A stretch of 64,000 bases of DNA from a virus. Its lineage: Duplodnaviria; Caudoviricetes. Numbering within the stretch: position 1 is the first letter of the stretch; each line of letters starts with the position of its first letter. The notes below the pieces were generated by a model. That model saw nothing but the letters and a program-made list of their open reading frames with translations. It did no database searches and was not told the DNA's origin. The DNA is taken from positions 1 to 64,000 of the IMG/VR virus record IMGVR_UViG_3300042463_001805. One strand, 5' to 3'. Below, piece after piece: positions 38,900 to 47,382 of this stretch. Position numbers and translations under genes: made by a program.

Positions 38900-39517
38900 A
38901 TGAAAAGAATAGTTAGACTAACAGAATCAGATCTTACAAAAATTGTAAGAAGAGTAATAAATGAGCAATATGACGATAATTGGTTTGCGGGGATACAGAG
39001 TATGGTCGCATCAGTTAACTCAAAATTACCAAAAGGATGCCCAAAATTAAAAGCGATTGGGCCGGATCCACACCCAACTTCACCAAATTCAAGAACCGCA
39101 TGGGTTACTGTGGATTTTAAAAGTTTAGGTAGCTCAACCGATGGTTTATTAATGATGTTTAGTGTTTTGAGACAAAAAGACGGTGTAGTTACATCTGTTA
39201 ACCCTACCTTTAGAAACCCTATAAACGACGGATCTGTTGTTTTTGGTTCAATGAAAACGATTGACCCCACTACAAAAAAATTAGAAGTAGGCCCTGGTGG
39301 TCAAATCAGTACAGGTACTTTATTTACGGTTGGGTCTGCATTACAAAAGACTCCTGATAAATCAGTACAACTACTTGGTTCGGTTTTAAAAGGCCAAAAA
39401 GGAAAGAACGATAAAGGACAAATAGTTTATGATTATTCTGCAATACCTACTGAAATTGTTAATTCTTTTAATTCTGTAATAAAATCATTACATACGATGG
39501 TAAAAGCAAAGGCATAA
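38900..39517 (+). CDS. Leader-bearing cargo paralog 1
   Basis: MKRIVRLTESDLTKIVRRVINEQ; TATTTAT at 38874. Confidence 0.8.
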   Translation: MKRIVRLTESDLTKIVRRVINEQYDDNWFAGIQSMVASVNSKLPKGCPKLKAIGPDPHPTSPNSRTAWVTVDFKSLGSSTDGLLMMFSVLRQKDGVVTSVNPTFRNPINDGSVVFGSMKTIDPTTKKLEVGPGGQISTGTLFTVGSALQKTPDKSVQLLGSVLKGQKGKNDKGQIVYDYSAIPTEIVNSFNSVIKSLHTMVKAKA

Positions 39518-39537
39518 TAAATAAATAAATAAATAAA

Positions 39538-40158
39538 ATGAAAAGAATAGTTAGATTAACAGAATCAGATCTTACAAGAATTGTAAGAAGAGTAATAAAT
39601 GAGCAATATGACGATAATTGGGCATCCGCATTACAACGTATAGTTGATGATGTAAATTCAAAGCTACCGGCAAATAGTGCAAGACTTATTGCATATCAAC
39701 CTAACATTACAAAACAACCTGGCGGTACAGAACAAATCAATGCGTCTATAGGTATAGATATGAAAAATTTAGGTATGGGCGGTTCTGGTTTACTTTTCCG
39801 TTTTGGGGTTTTAAAAATGAAAGACGGAGTTGTTCAGGCCGTCTCAGTAACATTAACAAATCCTATAGGTGATAAACAAGTGGCAAGAGCTCAAAAAACT
39901 TTAGATGTACAAACTAAAAAATTAAAATATCCTGTTAGTCCGGATTTTAATTATACACCAATATATGAGATTGCAAAGGCTCTTGAGACTAGTGGAAACC
40001 CAAAACTTACAATATTAGGTAACGCTTTATATGGAAGAAAAAGTAGAAATACTAAAACAAATGAAGTAACTGATTTTTCACAAATACCAGGAAAAATTTT
40101 AACAGGAATTAATTCGGTTAAAAAAGCAATACAGACATTTATACCTGTAAATGCATAA
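39538..40158 (+). CDS. Leader-bearing cargo paralog 2
   Basis: MKRIVRLTESDLTRIVRRVINEQ; body shares V..VNS.LP, LG..L.G, D[FY]S.IP...NS motifs with paralogs. Confidence 0.8.
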   Translation: MKRIVRLTESDLTRIVRRVINEQYDDNWASALQRIVDDVNSKLPANSARLIAYQPNITKQPGGTEQINASIGIDMKNLGMGGSGLLFRFGVLKMKDGVVQAVSVTLTNPIGDKQVARAQKTLDVQTKKLKYPVSPDFNYTPIYEIAKALETSGNPKLTILGNALYGRKSRNTKTNEVTDFSQIPGKILTGINSVKKAIQTFIPVNA

Positions 40159-40175
40159 CAAAAAATTAAATAACA

Positions 40176-40204
40176 AAAAAAGGAGGATTTGATCCTCCTT
40201 TTTT
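40176..40204. terminator. Bidirectional terminator
   Basis: A tract-GGAGGAT-TTG-ATCCTCC-T tract. Confidence 0.8.
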
Positions 40205-40218
40205 ATTTTATAGTAATA

Positions 40219-40704
40219 TTAGTTTACTGGTATGTACTCAACTAAAATAGTTACATTTTCACTTTCATCATAAAAATAACGACAAGGACTTTTTGACATA
40301 TCTGAGGTGTAAACAAAATTCATATCATATTCTTGAATTATTGATCCATTTTTCCACTTGTATCCTGTGTAAACAAATTTAATTGAGTTTGTTTCTTTTT
40401 TGAAATTAAATACTTGTCTTTGTAATGCTACTAAATCATTTTCATCAATAACTATAAAATCTTGATGACTTACCTCATCTATCAACACCATTACCTTTTC
40501 GTTTTTTGGTGTTACTATTGTGTCGTAACTTTTGTTTTTAATGTTGTAAAAACTTTGTCTTCCTTTTGCTTTATACATTACTTGACCACTTGAAAGGAAC
40601 TCTATTTTTAAATTCCACGGACCTTCATCACTACTATATTCTTGTGGTTGTGAAAAAGAGATAAAACTTAAAACTGTAAGTAAGAAGATCAATAGTGTTT
40701 TCAT
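40219..40704 (-). CDS. Secreted partner protein 1
   Basis: Signal peptide ending FS|Q; paralog of 41463-41936; TATATTTG at 40737-40744. Confidence 0.75.
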   Translation of the reverse strand: MKTLLIFLLTVLSFISFSQPQEYSSDEGPWNLKIEFLSSGQVMYKAKGRQSFYNIKNKSYDTIVTPKNEKVMVLIDEVSHQDFIVIDENDLVALQRQVFNFKKETNSIKFVYTGYKWKNGSIIQEYDMNFVYTSDMSKSPCRYFYDESENVTILVEYIPVN

Positions 40705-40829
40705 GTGGTTTATTTTTTAGGTTAATAATTATATTACAAATATAATAATATTTTTTTAATCTACAAATTTTTTTTGTGTTTTTAATATATTTATTAGTTA
40801 GACATCAAATAAATAAATAAATTAAAAGT

Positions 40830-41438
40830 ATGAAAAGAATAGTTAGACTAACAGAATCAGATCTTACAAGAATTGTAAGAAGAGTATTAAACGAACAATA
40901 TAATGATAGTTATACAGGGGCGCTAAAACAACTTGTTGATAACGTTAATTCAATGTTACCTAAAGGTGGGTATAAGTTAGCGTTCGGTGGACCAAATGAA
41001 AGAAAAATTAACAATTGTCCTATGGGTAAACAATATTCATCATATATAAGTGTAGTTAATTCGGCAGGTCAACCTTTGGGTAAATCTTCAGTAACTTTAG
41101 CTATGTTTACAGTGACAACTAATTGTAAAGTTGAGGGGCAAGTAGGGTTATCTAGCGTTACTATATTTGGTTTAGGAGACACCCAAATTGGTAATTATAG
41201 TAAAAACTCTCAGCAAAAAGGAGGGACAGCAATTCAAGGAGGTGCTTTATATCAAGCGGCTACAAGTTATATAAAAAGTGGAGACAAAGGTTTACAACAA
41301 CTTGGTTATGCTCTTAGAGGTACAATATCCACTAATGCTCAAGGAGTTAAAACGGATTATTCAAAAATACCTACTACCTTACTTACCGGTCTTAATTCCG
41401 CAAAAAATTCAATAGAAACTTTAATAAAAACAGTATAA
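40830..41438 (+). CDS. Leader-bearing cargo paralog 3
   Basis: MKRIVRLTESDLTRIVRRVLNEQ; TATTTAT at 40788. Confidence 0.8.
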   Translation: MKRIVRLTESDLTRIVRRVLNEQYNDSYTGALKQLVDNVNSMLPKGGYKLAFGGPNERKINNCPMGKQYSSYISVVNSAGQPLGKSSVTLAMFTVTTNCKVEGQVGLSSVTIFGLGDTQIGNYSKNSQQKGGTAIQGGALYQAATSYIKSGDKGLQQLGYALRGTISTNAQGVKTDYSKIPTTLLTGLNSAKNSIETLIKTV

Positions 41439-41463
41439 AAAAAGGGAGTCTAACTCCCTTTTT
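41438..41463. terminator. Bidirectional terminator
   Basis: A tract-GGGAGT-CTA-ACTCCC-T tract. Confidence 0.75.
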
Positions 41464-41936
41464 TATTTTACAACAATATACTCAATTAATACTGTTAGAT
41501 TTTCAATCTTATCGTAAAAATACTTACAAGGATTTTTAGACAAATTTTTTGTGTAAATGAAATCAATATCATATTCTTGTTTAATCAAACCACCCTCCCA
41601 TTGGTATCCTGTGTAATAGAATTTATCTTCATTTGGTTTTTGTTCAAACCCATATATTAATCTTTGTAGAACAGTTATATCATTTTCTTGAATCACAATA
41701 AAATCATTTTGAGAATATCTGTCAACTAAGATATTAATATTCTCATCAATCATTGTCACCGAACTATCAACCGAATTAGATTTTATGTCCTCAAATGATA
41801 ACTTACCTTTAGCTTTATACATTATTTGACCTTTGGATTTAAATTTTAATTTGTAATCCCATATATCTTCATTTTCTTGTGAAAAGGAAAAAGAAGAAAT
41901 TAAAAAAAGAAAAGTTAATTTAAAAAAGGTTTTCAT
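41463..41936 (-). CDS. Secreted partner protein 2
   Basis: Signal peptide ending FS|Q; shares GQ.MYKAKG..SF, DFIVI.END...LQR, YTGY.W..G.I.QEYD, PC.YFYD with 40219 gene; TATATTTG at 41968-41975. Confidence 0.75.
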   Translation of the reverse strand: MKTFFKLTFLFLISSFSFSQENEDIWDYKLKFKSKGQIMYKAKGKLSFEDIKSNSVDSSVTMIDENINILVDRYSQNDFIVIQENDITVLQRLIYGFEQKPNEDKFYYTGYQWEGGLIKQEYDIDFIYTKNLSKNPCKYFYDKIENLTVLIEYIVVK

Positions 41937-42029
41937 AATGTTTATTTTTTGGTTAATAATTATACTACAAATATAAATCTTTTTTCTTGATTTAAAAAAC
42001 TTTTTTAATATTATTTTTAATAAAAAAAT

Positions 42030-42278
42030 ATGGCAATTAAAAGAACGGATATTGATGGAACAAAAATTACTTGTGAGATAGACTCTAGTAATTTAAAAAC
42101 AACAACATATGATACTGAAACAAAGAAGTTAGTTGTTGAATTTAAAAATGGTTTCAAATATGAATATGATGAAGTTCCCCATAATATCTATGCACAATTT
42201 AGACTTTCAGAATCTCAGGGTAAATTCTTTAATACTCAAATATCAAAAACATTCAAATATAAAAAAATAGATAAATAA
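42030..42278 (+). CDS. KTSC domain protein
   Basis: SSNL....YD.....L.VEFKNG..YEY..VP...Y..F..S.S.GKFFN..I. Confidence 0.85.
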   Translation: MAIKRTDIDGTKITCEIDSSNLKTTTYDTETKKLVVEFKNGFKYEYDEVPHNIYAQFRLSESQGKFFNTQISKTFKYKKIDK

Positions 42279-42300
42279 ATATTACGCCATATTTATATAC

Positions 42301-43053
42301 ATGGCAATTGATAAAAAAATAATCAAAAGTTTTTATTTACAGGATGAATTAAATCCCGAAGTTTGGGAAAGTTCAAAAAACACAACAAAACCTAAATTAG
42401 ATACCCAAATAAGGGATAGGTTGTTAAAGATCGCAAATTTATTTATTGATTTTTTAAACGTGGAGATTTTTGTTCACGATGTTTACTTATTAGGATCTTT
42501 AACTGGTTATAATTGGAGTGAGTTTTCTGATTTTGATTTACATATTATTTATGATTTCAATGACGCTGGTGAAAAAAAAGAAACATACGAAGAGCTATTC
42601 AGATTAAAAAAAACAGTTTTTAATTCTTCTCATGATATTAGAATAAAAGGTTATGAGGTTGAGTTATATGTACAGGACCTTAATGAAGAAAACGAAAGTA
42701 TGGGTGTATATTCTTTAATTTATGACAAGTGGTTAAAAACACCACAAAAAGAAGACTTTAAGGTCAATGAGAAAAAATTAAAAGAAAAGGCACAACAATG
42801 GATGGATATTATTGACGGTGTTTTAGAAAATGCTGAAGATGAAGATTTAGAAACCGCCACAAAACTAATTGATAAGTATAAAGAAAAAATTAGAAAATAC
42901 AGATCGTGTGGTTTAAAAAAAGAAGGTGAGTTTTCTTATGAAAATTTAGTTTTTAAATACCTAAGAAGAAGTGGATATATAGGTAAACTTAACGATTATA
43001 AAAATACTATGATAGATAAAAAATTATCTTTAGAACAAGAAAATTACGAGTAG
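42301..43053 (+). CDS. Pol-beta superfamily nucleotidyltransferase-like protein
   Basis: LLGSL..YNW...SDFDLH and VELYVQD; TATTTAT at 42290. Confidence 0.7.
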   Translation: MAIDKKIIKSFYLQDELNPEVWESSKNTTKPKLDTQIRDRLLKIANLFIDFLNVEIFVHDVYLLGSLTGYNWSEFSDFDLHIIYDFNDAGEKKETYEELFRLKKTVFNSSHDIRIKGYEVELYVQDLNEENESMGVYSLIYDKWLKTPQKEDFKVNEKKLKEKAQQWMDIIDGVLENAEDEDLETATKLIDKYKEKIRKYRSCGLKKEGEFSYENLVFKYLRRSGYIGKLNDYKNTMIDKKLSLEQENYE

Positions 43054-43150
43054 TTTGCAAAATACAAAAAAACAATATATTTATATAAAAAAATGTTTTA
43101 GGATTAAACACCCTAATACTTAATGTACTAAACAATTAAAACAAATTAAA

Positions 43151-44557
43151 ATGGCAGATTTAAGACCTTTAGGTAGTGAAAAATTACAAGGTATGGATAA
43201 AATTAGACGTATCATGGAAATTGCACGATATAATGAAGTACCTAAACAAGAGATTAATGAACTTTCTACCACAAATTATACTATAACTTTATCAGATGGT
43301 AAAACATATGGTATTGTAAAAGAAAAATTAGGTTATATAATTAAAAGCGGATTAAATGAATCTACTTTGGATTATACAGAATCTATGAAACATAGAAGAC
43401 ATTATAAATCTTATTCAGAAGCAATGAAAAGATTGAATATCATGGCCGGAGAAATTAATAGATCCACAGGTTATGAATATGGTATTCCTTTGATTGGTGA
43501 ACAAGCTGAAGGAAAAAAAAAATTCGTATTAAAACAAAATAAACCAAAAACCACTGACGCCCCACCAGCTGATATGGGAGCAGGAGCCCCACCAGCCGAT
43601 ATGGGAGCAGGAGCACCACCATCTGATATGGGAGCAGGATCGCCACCTATGGACGATATGGGAGCAGGATCGCCACCTATGGACGACATGGGTGCAGGAG
43701 CACCACCAGCTGATATGGGTGCAGGAGCACCACCAGCCGATATGGGTGCAGGAGCACCACCAACAGACGCAGGAGCACCACCTATGGACGACATGGGAGC
43801 AGGATCACCACCATCAGATGATATGGGCGGAGAAGGAATGGAACCACCAATGGACGATATGGGCGAACCTGAAGATGGTGAAGAACCATCAGGACCTTCA
43901 GGATTAAAATCAATTCAAAAACTAACAGGAAGGTTAAGTCAAAAAATTAGATCTTTTGATAAAGACAAAGGTATGGATTCTCAAGATATTAAATATGTTG
44001 TAAATTCCATATTATCTGCGATAAATTTAGAAAATTTAGATGAGGATGATAGAGATGATATTATGGCAAAATTTGACGAGGTTGATGAATATGATATGGG
44101 TGATGAAGAAATTGATATGGAGGGAAGTGACGATTTAGGAATGGAAGAACCTGATATGGGTGGTGAAATGGATATGGGTGGTGAAATGACACCTCCTGAT
44201 ATGGGGACATCGCCAGCACCTGAGAAAACAGAAGGTTATTCTCACATTATGGATTCATTATTTGCTGAATCTAAAGTAGAAAAAGTTTTATCTAAATATT
44301 TTGATATCAAACCTGAAGAAAAACCAATTCTTGAGGAAAAAAGAAAAAAGGATTTTTTAAAGGAAAAATTAAAAAGAATTGAAGTTAAAAAAGAATTTAT
44401 AAAACTTAGTGAAAGTCTTTCTCAATTAGAGTCAGCCAATGAATTTTATAAATCAAATAAAAATGCAAAATTTTTAGGTAAATCAAATAAAGAAAACTTA
44501 ATTTTTGTTGTTGAAAACAAACAATATAAAGTAACACCAAGAGGAATAATTATATGA
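43151..44557 (+). CDS. Probable prohead core protein with Pro/Gly/Met tandem repeats
   Basis: Upstream of terminase; many [IL]xE sites; PPADMGAGA repeats. Confidence 0.6.
   Translation: MADLRPLGSEKLQGMDKIRRIMEIARYNEVPKQEINELSTTNYTITLSDGKTYGIVKEKLGYIIKSGLNESTLDYTESMKHRRHYKSYSEAMKRLNIMAGEINRSTGYEYGIPLIGEQAEGKKKFVLKQNKPKTTDAPPADMGAGAPPADMGAGAPPSDMGAGSPPMDDMGAGSPPMDDMGAGAPPADMGAGAPPADMGAGAPPTDAGAPPMDDMGAGSPPSDDMGGEGMEPPMDDMGEPEDGEEPSGPSGLKSIQKLTGRLSQKIRSFDKDKGMDSQDIKYVVNSILSAINLENLDEDDRDDIMAKFDEVDEYDMGDEEIDMEGSDDLGMEEPDMGGEMDMGGEMTPPDMGTSPAPEKTEGYSHIMDSLFAESKVEKVLSKYFDIKPEEKPILEEKRKKDFLKEKLKRIEVKKEFIKLSESLSQLESANEFYKSNKNAKFLGKSNKENLIFVVENKQYKVTPRGIII
43559..43863 (+). repeat. 27-30 nt coding tandem repeat (PP[AS/MD]DMGAG[AS])
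   Basis: About 10 imperfect units of CCACCAGCnGATATGGGnGCAGGA. Confidence 0.9.
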
Positions 44558-44967
44558 TTTTAGTATATGTAAACGAATTAGGACCAAACTATAAAGGAGA
44601 TAATATATATGAATTTATATTTTCAGACTTGGATGATGTTTGGGGTGAAGATTGGGATGCCGAACCAGCATCAGGAAAACCGTTACCGCCTAATTTTGAT
44701 TACATAAAAAAAGTTGGGGTTTTAAAAAATTCAGAAATTGATTTAAACTTAATTCAAAACTCTGATTTTTTTGGTGTTTATGATGCAATTGACGGTGTCA
44801 TATCTTTAGCTTGGGAAAGATCAGATAGTGATGAAATTTTAATACACAAAAGAAAAAGATTAGTTTTTCAATACGGAGATACCGTAGAAACAGTAGAAAA
44901 TAAATTATACGAAAGAGACATCGTATTAAAATGGGAAAAAAACTTAGTTCAAGATGAAACATATTAA
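44554..44967 (+). CDS. Hypothetical protein
   Basis: ATGA-coupled to the upstream gene. Confidence 0.7.
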   Translation: MILVYVNELGPNYKGDNIYEFIFSDLDDVWGEDWDAEPASGKPLPPNFDYIKKVGVLKNSEIDLNLIQNSDFFGVYDAIDGVISLAWERSDSDEILIHKRKRLVFQYGDTVETVENKLYERDIVLKWEKNLVQDETY

Positions 44968-45556
44968 TCCTAAAATAGCAATCCTTTTACATGAAGGATT
45001 TTCAATTTCAACTTTAGAAAAAATGTCTAACGACCAACTTAATTTACTTTATAGTAAAGTAGTAAAAGAACAAACAGTTCCCCCAAACAAAACAGAGACA
45101 GTAACTGCAACTAAAACAACCGTACCACAGGGTGGAAATGCGACAGTTGCAGCAGGTTCTAAAGTTGAGGTTCAGGGAAATAGCGCTATTATAACAACAA
45201 CCGAAACCGAATTAGGTGAAGAAGAAAAGGTTGGTAAAAATAAAGAGGTTAAAGAAAAGGCAATGTCAAAAAAACAACAACAATTTTTTGGTATTGTAAG
45301 AGGAATGCAAAAAGGAGATACACCAAAAAAAGGTAAAGCCGGAAAAGTGGCTAAAGATATTGATCCTGAAGATGCCGAAGATTTTGCTAAAACAAAACAT
45401 AAGGGATTACCGACAAGAAAAACAAACAAAAAATCAGATTCAAAAGAAGATGTTAAAAAATTAGAAGAAGGAATAATGAGATTGATTGAAAGTCATTTAC
45501 CTCCACACACAACAAAAGGTGAATTATTATACGCAATCAGAAGAAACAAAAGATAA
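44954..45556 (+). CDS. Head-associated protein with DUF3008-like basic segment
   Basis: AMSKKQQQFFG...DFAKTKHKGLP. Confidence 0.55.
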   Translation: MKHINPKIAILLHEGFSISTLEKMSNDQLNLLYSKVVKEQTVPPNKTETVTATKTTVPQGGNATVAAGSKVEVQGNSAIITTTETELGEEEKVGKNKEVKEKAMSKKQQQFFGIVRGMQKGDTPKKGKAGKVAKDIDPEDAEDFAKTKHKGLPTRKTNKKSDSKEDVKKLEEGIMRLIESHLPPHTTKGELLYAIRRNKR

Positions 45557-45559
45557 TGA

Positions 45560-47344
45560 ATGTCGTTAACAAAAGAACAAGCGTTATTAGAATATGCAAA
45601 ATGTGTAAATGATACTCCTTACGCATTAAAAACATATCTACAAACATACGACAATACACAATCCAAATACGTACCGTTAGAATTATTTAATGATCAAGTT
45701 ACCCTTGTAAAAGATTACGATACATGTGAAGAAAATATTGCATTAAAGTATCGTCAGGCGGGCGTGTCTACTGTGACTTCTGCATGGGCATCAAAAAGAT
45801 TAGTTTTCGCTCGTAAAGAAAAACCTGAAAAAATCCTTATAATTGCCAACAAAATGGATACTGCCGTGGAAATGGCAAATAAAGTTCGTGCGTTTGTTGA
45901 CCAATGGCCAAAATGGATGGGTGTTGGGTTTTCTTCTGAAAAAAACTCACAGAGACACTTTAAATTAACTAATGGTTGTGAGGTTAAGGCAGTTGCAACA
46001 TCAAAAGATGCCTTACGTGGTTATACACCAACAATATTGATATTTGATGAGGCCGCGTACATCAATGCGGACGAGGACTTTTGGTCTGCTTGTATGGCGT
46101 CCCTTTCAACAGGAGGTAAAGTAATTGTAATATCAACACCAAACGGATTTGATCCAATTTATTATTCTATTTACAGTCAGGCAGTTAAAGGAATGAATGA
46201 CTTTAGAATAACTGAAATGTATTGGTTTAGAGATCCAAGATACTCTAAAGATTTACGACTAATTAAATGTGATGATATTGTTCATTACATGTTAAATAGA
46301 GGTGATTATGTTGATACAGATATCACAATTGATTATGGTAATATAAAAGTTAGTGAAAGAAACTTTGAACAGATAAAACAAAAAATAGAAAACGAAGGGT
46401 ATAAGGCTTATAGTTCTTGGTTTGAGGCTATGGCCAAAAAATTAAAGTTTGATAAGAGAAAGATTTCACAAGAGTTGGAATGTAATTTTTTAGGTTCGGG
46501 GGATAATGTTATACCTGCTGAAACTATGAAAAAAATTAAAGAAAAACATATTAAAGAACCCGAAAATAAATTTATGGGTGGTGCTCTTTGGCAATGGAAA
46601 GAACCTATTGTCGGCCACAGATATATTATGGGGGTTGACGTTTCAAGAGGAGATAGTGAAGATTTTACAACATTTACAATTATTGATTTTGATGAAAGAG
46701 AACAGGTTTTAGAATATTTAGGAAAAGTCCCACCTGATGTTGTAGCAGAAATTGCATATAAATGGGCAACCATGTATAATGCGTTTATTGTTACTGATAT
46801 AACTGGAGGTATGGGTGTTGCAACATCAAGAAAATTACAGGAACTTGGGTATAAAAATTTATATGTGGATGGAGTTAATCCGGCTGATAAATGGAAATGG
46901 GATCCAAAATCACAAGATAAAATACCTGGAATTAATTTTAACTCAAAAAGAGTTCAAATAATCGCAGCTTTTGAGGAATCATTGAGACATGGTTTTGGTG
47001 TTAGATCACAAAGATTATTTAATGAGTTAAACACATTTGTTTATGTAAATGGAAGACCCGATCACCAAAAGGGACAACATGATGATTTAATCATGGCATT
47101 AGCTATGGCGATATATGTTGGGGAAAATTCTTTCGCCCAATTAGAAAAGGCAACCGAACACGCTAAAGCAATGTTGAATTCATGGTCCACAGAAAAAAAA
47201 GAATTTAGAGAATCCCACCAAAATTTTAATCCAGGCGTTCCTGTAAGTTACATGGATAGAATGAATATGGGTATGAGTAGAAGTTCCTTAACACAAAGTG
47301 ATTACCAAAACTATTTATGGTTATTCGGAGGAAAAAGAGTTTAA
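45560..47344 (+). CDS. terL: Terminase large subunit (T4 gp17-like)
   Basis: KYRQAGVST Walker A, ILIFDEAA Walker B, ISTPNG, GVDVSRG, HDDLIMA nuclease motifs. Confidence 0.95.
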   Translation: MSLTKEQALLEYAKCVNDTPYALKTYLQTYDNTQSKYVPLELFNDQVTLVKDYDTCEENIALKYRQAGVSTVTSAWASKRLVFARKEKPEKILIIANKMDTAVEMANKVRAFVDQWPKWMGVGFSSEKNSQRHFKLTNGCEVKAVATSKDALRGYTPTILIFDEAAYINADEDFWSACMASLSTGGKVIVISTPNGFDPIYYSIYSQAVKGMNDFRITEMYWFRDPRYSKDLRLIKCDDIVHYMLNRGDYVDTDITIDYGNIKVSERNFEQIKQKIENEGYKAYSSWFEAMAKKLKFDKRKISQELECNFLGSGDNVIPAETMKKIKEKHIKEPENKFMGGALWQWKEPIVGHRYIMGVDVSRGDSEDFTTFTIIDFDEREQVLEYLGKVPPDVVAEIAYKWATMYNAFIVTDITGGMGVATSRKLQELGYKNLYVDGVNPADKWKWDPKSQDKIPGINFNSKRVQIIAAFEESLRHGFGVRSQRLFNELNTFVYVNGRPDHQKGQHDDLIMALAMAIYVGENSFAQLEKATEHAKAMLNSWSTEKKEFRESHQNFNPGVPVSYMDRMNMGMSRSSLTQSDYQNYLWLFGGKRV

Positions 47345-47382
47345 TTTATAAATTCTAAAACTATTTTTAAAATAAAAAACAT

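Noticed and set aside
43094-43116. Possible 5' UTR pseudoknot (TGTTT/AAACA with TAGG/CCTA)
   Set aside because: Stems are too short and AT-rich to distinguish from chance
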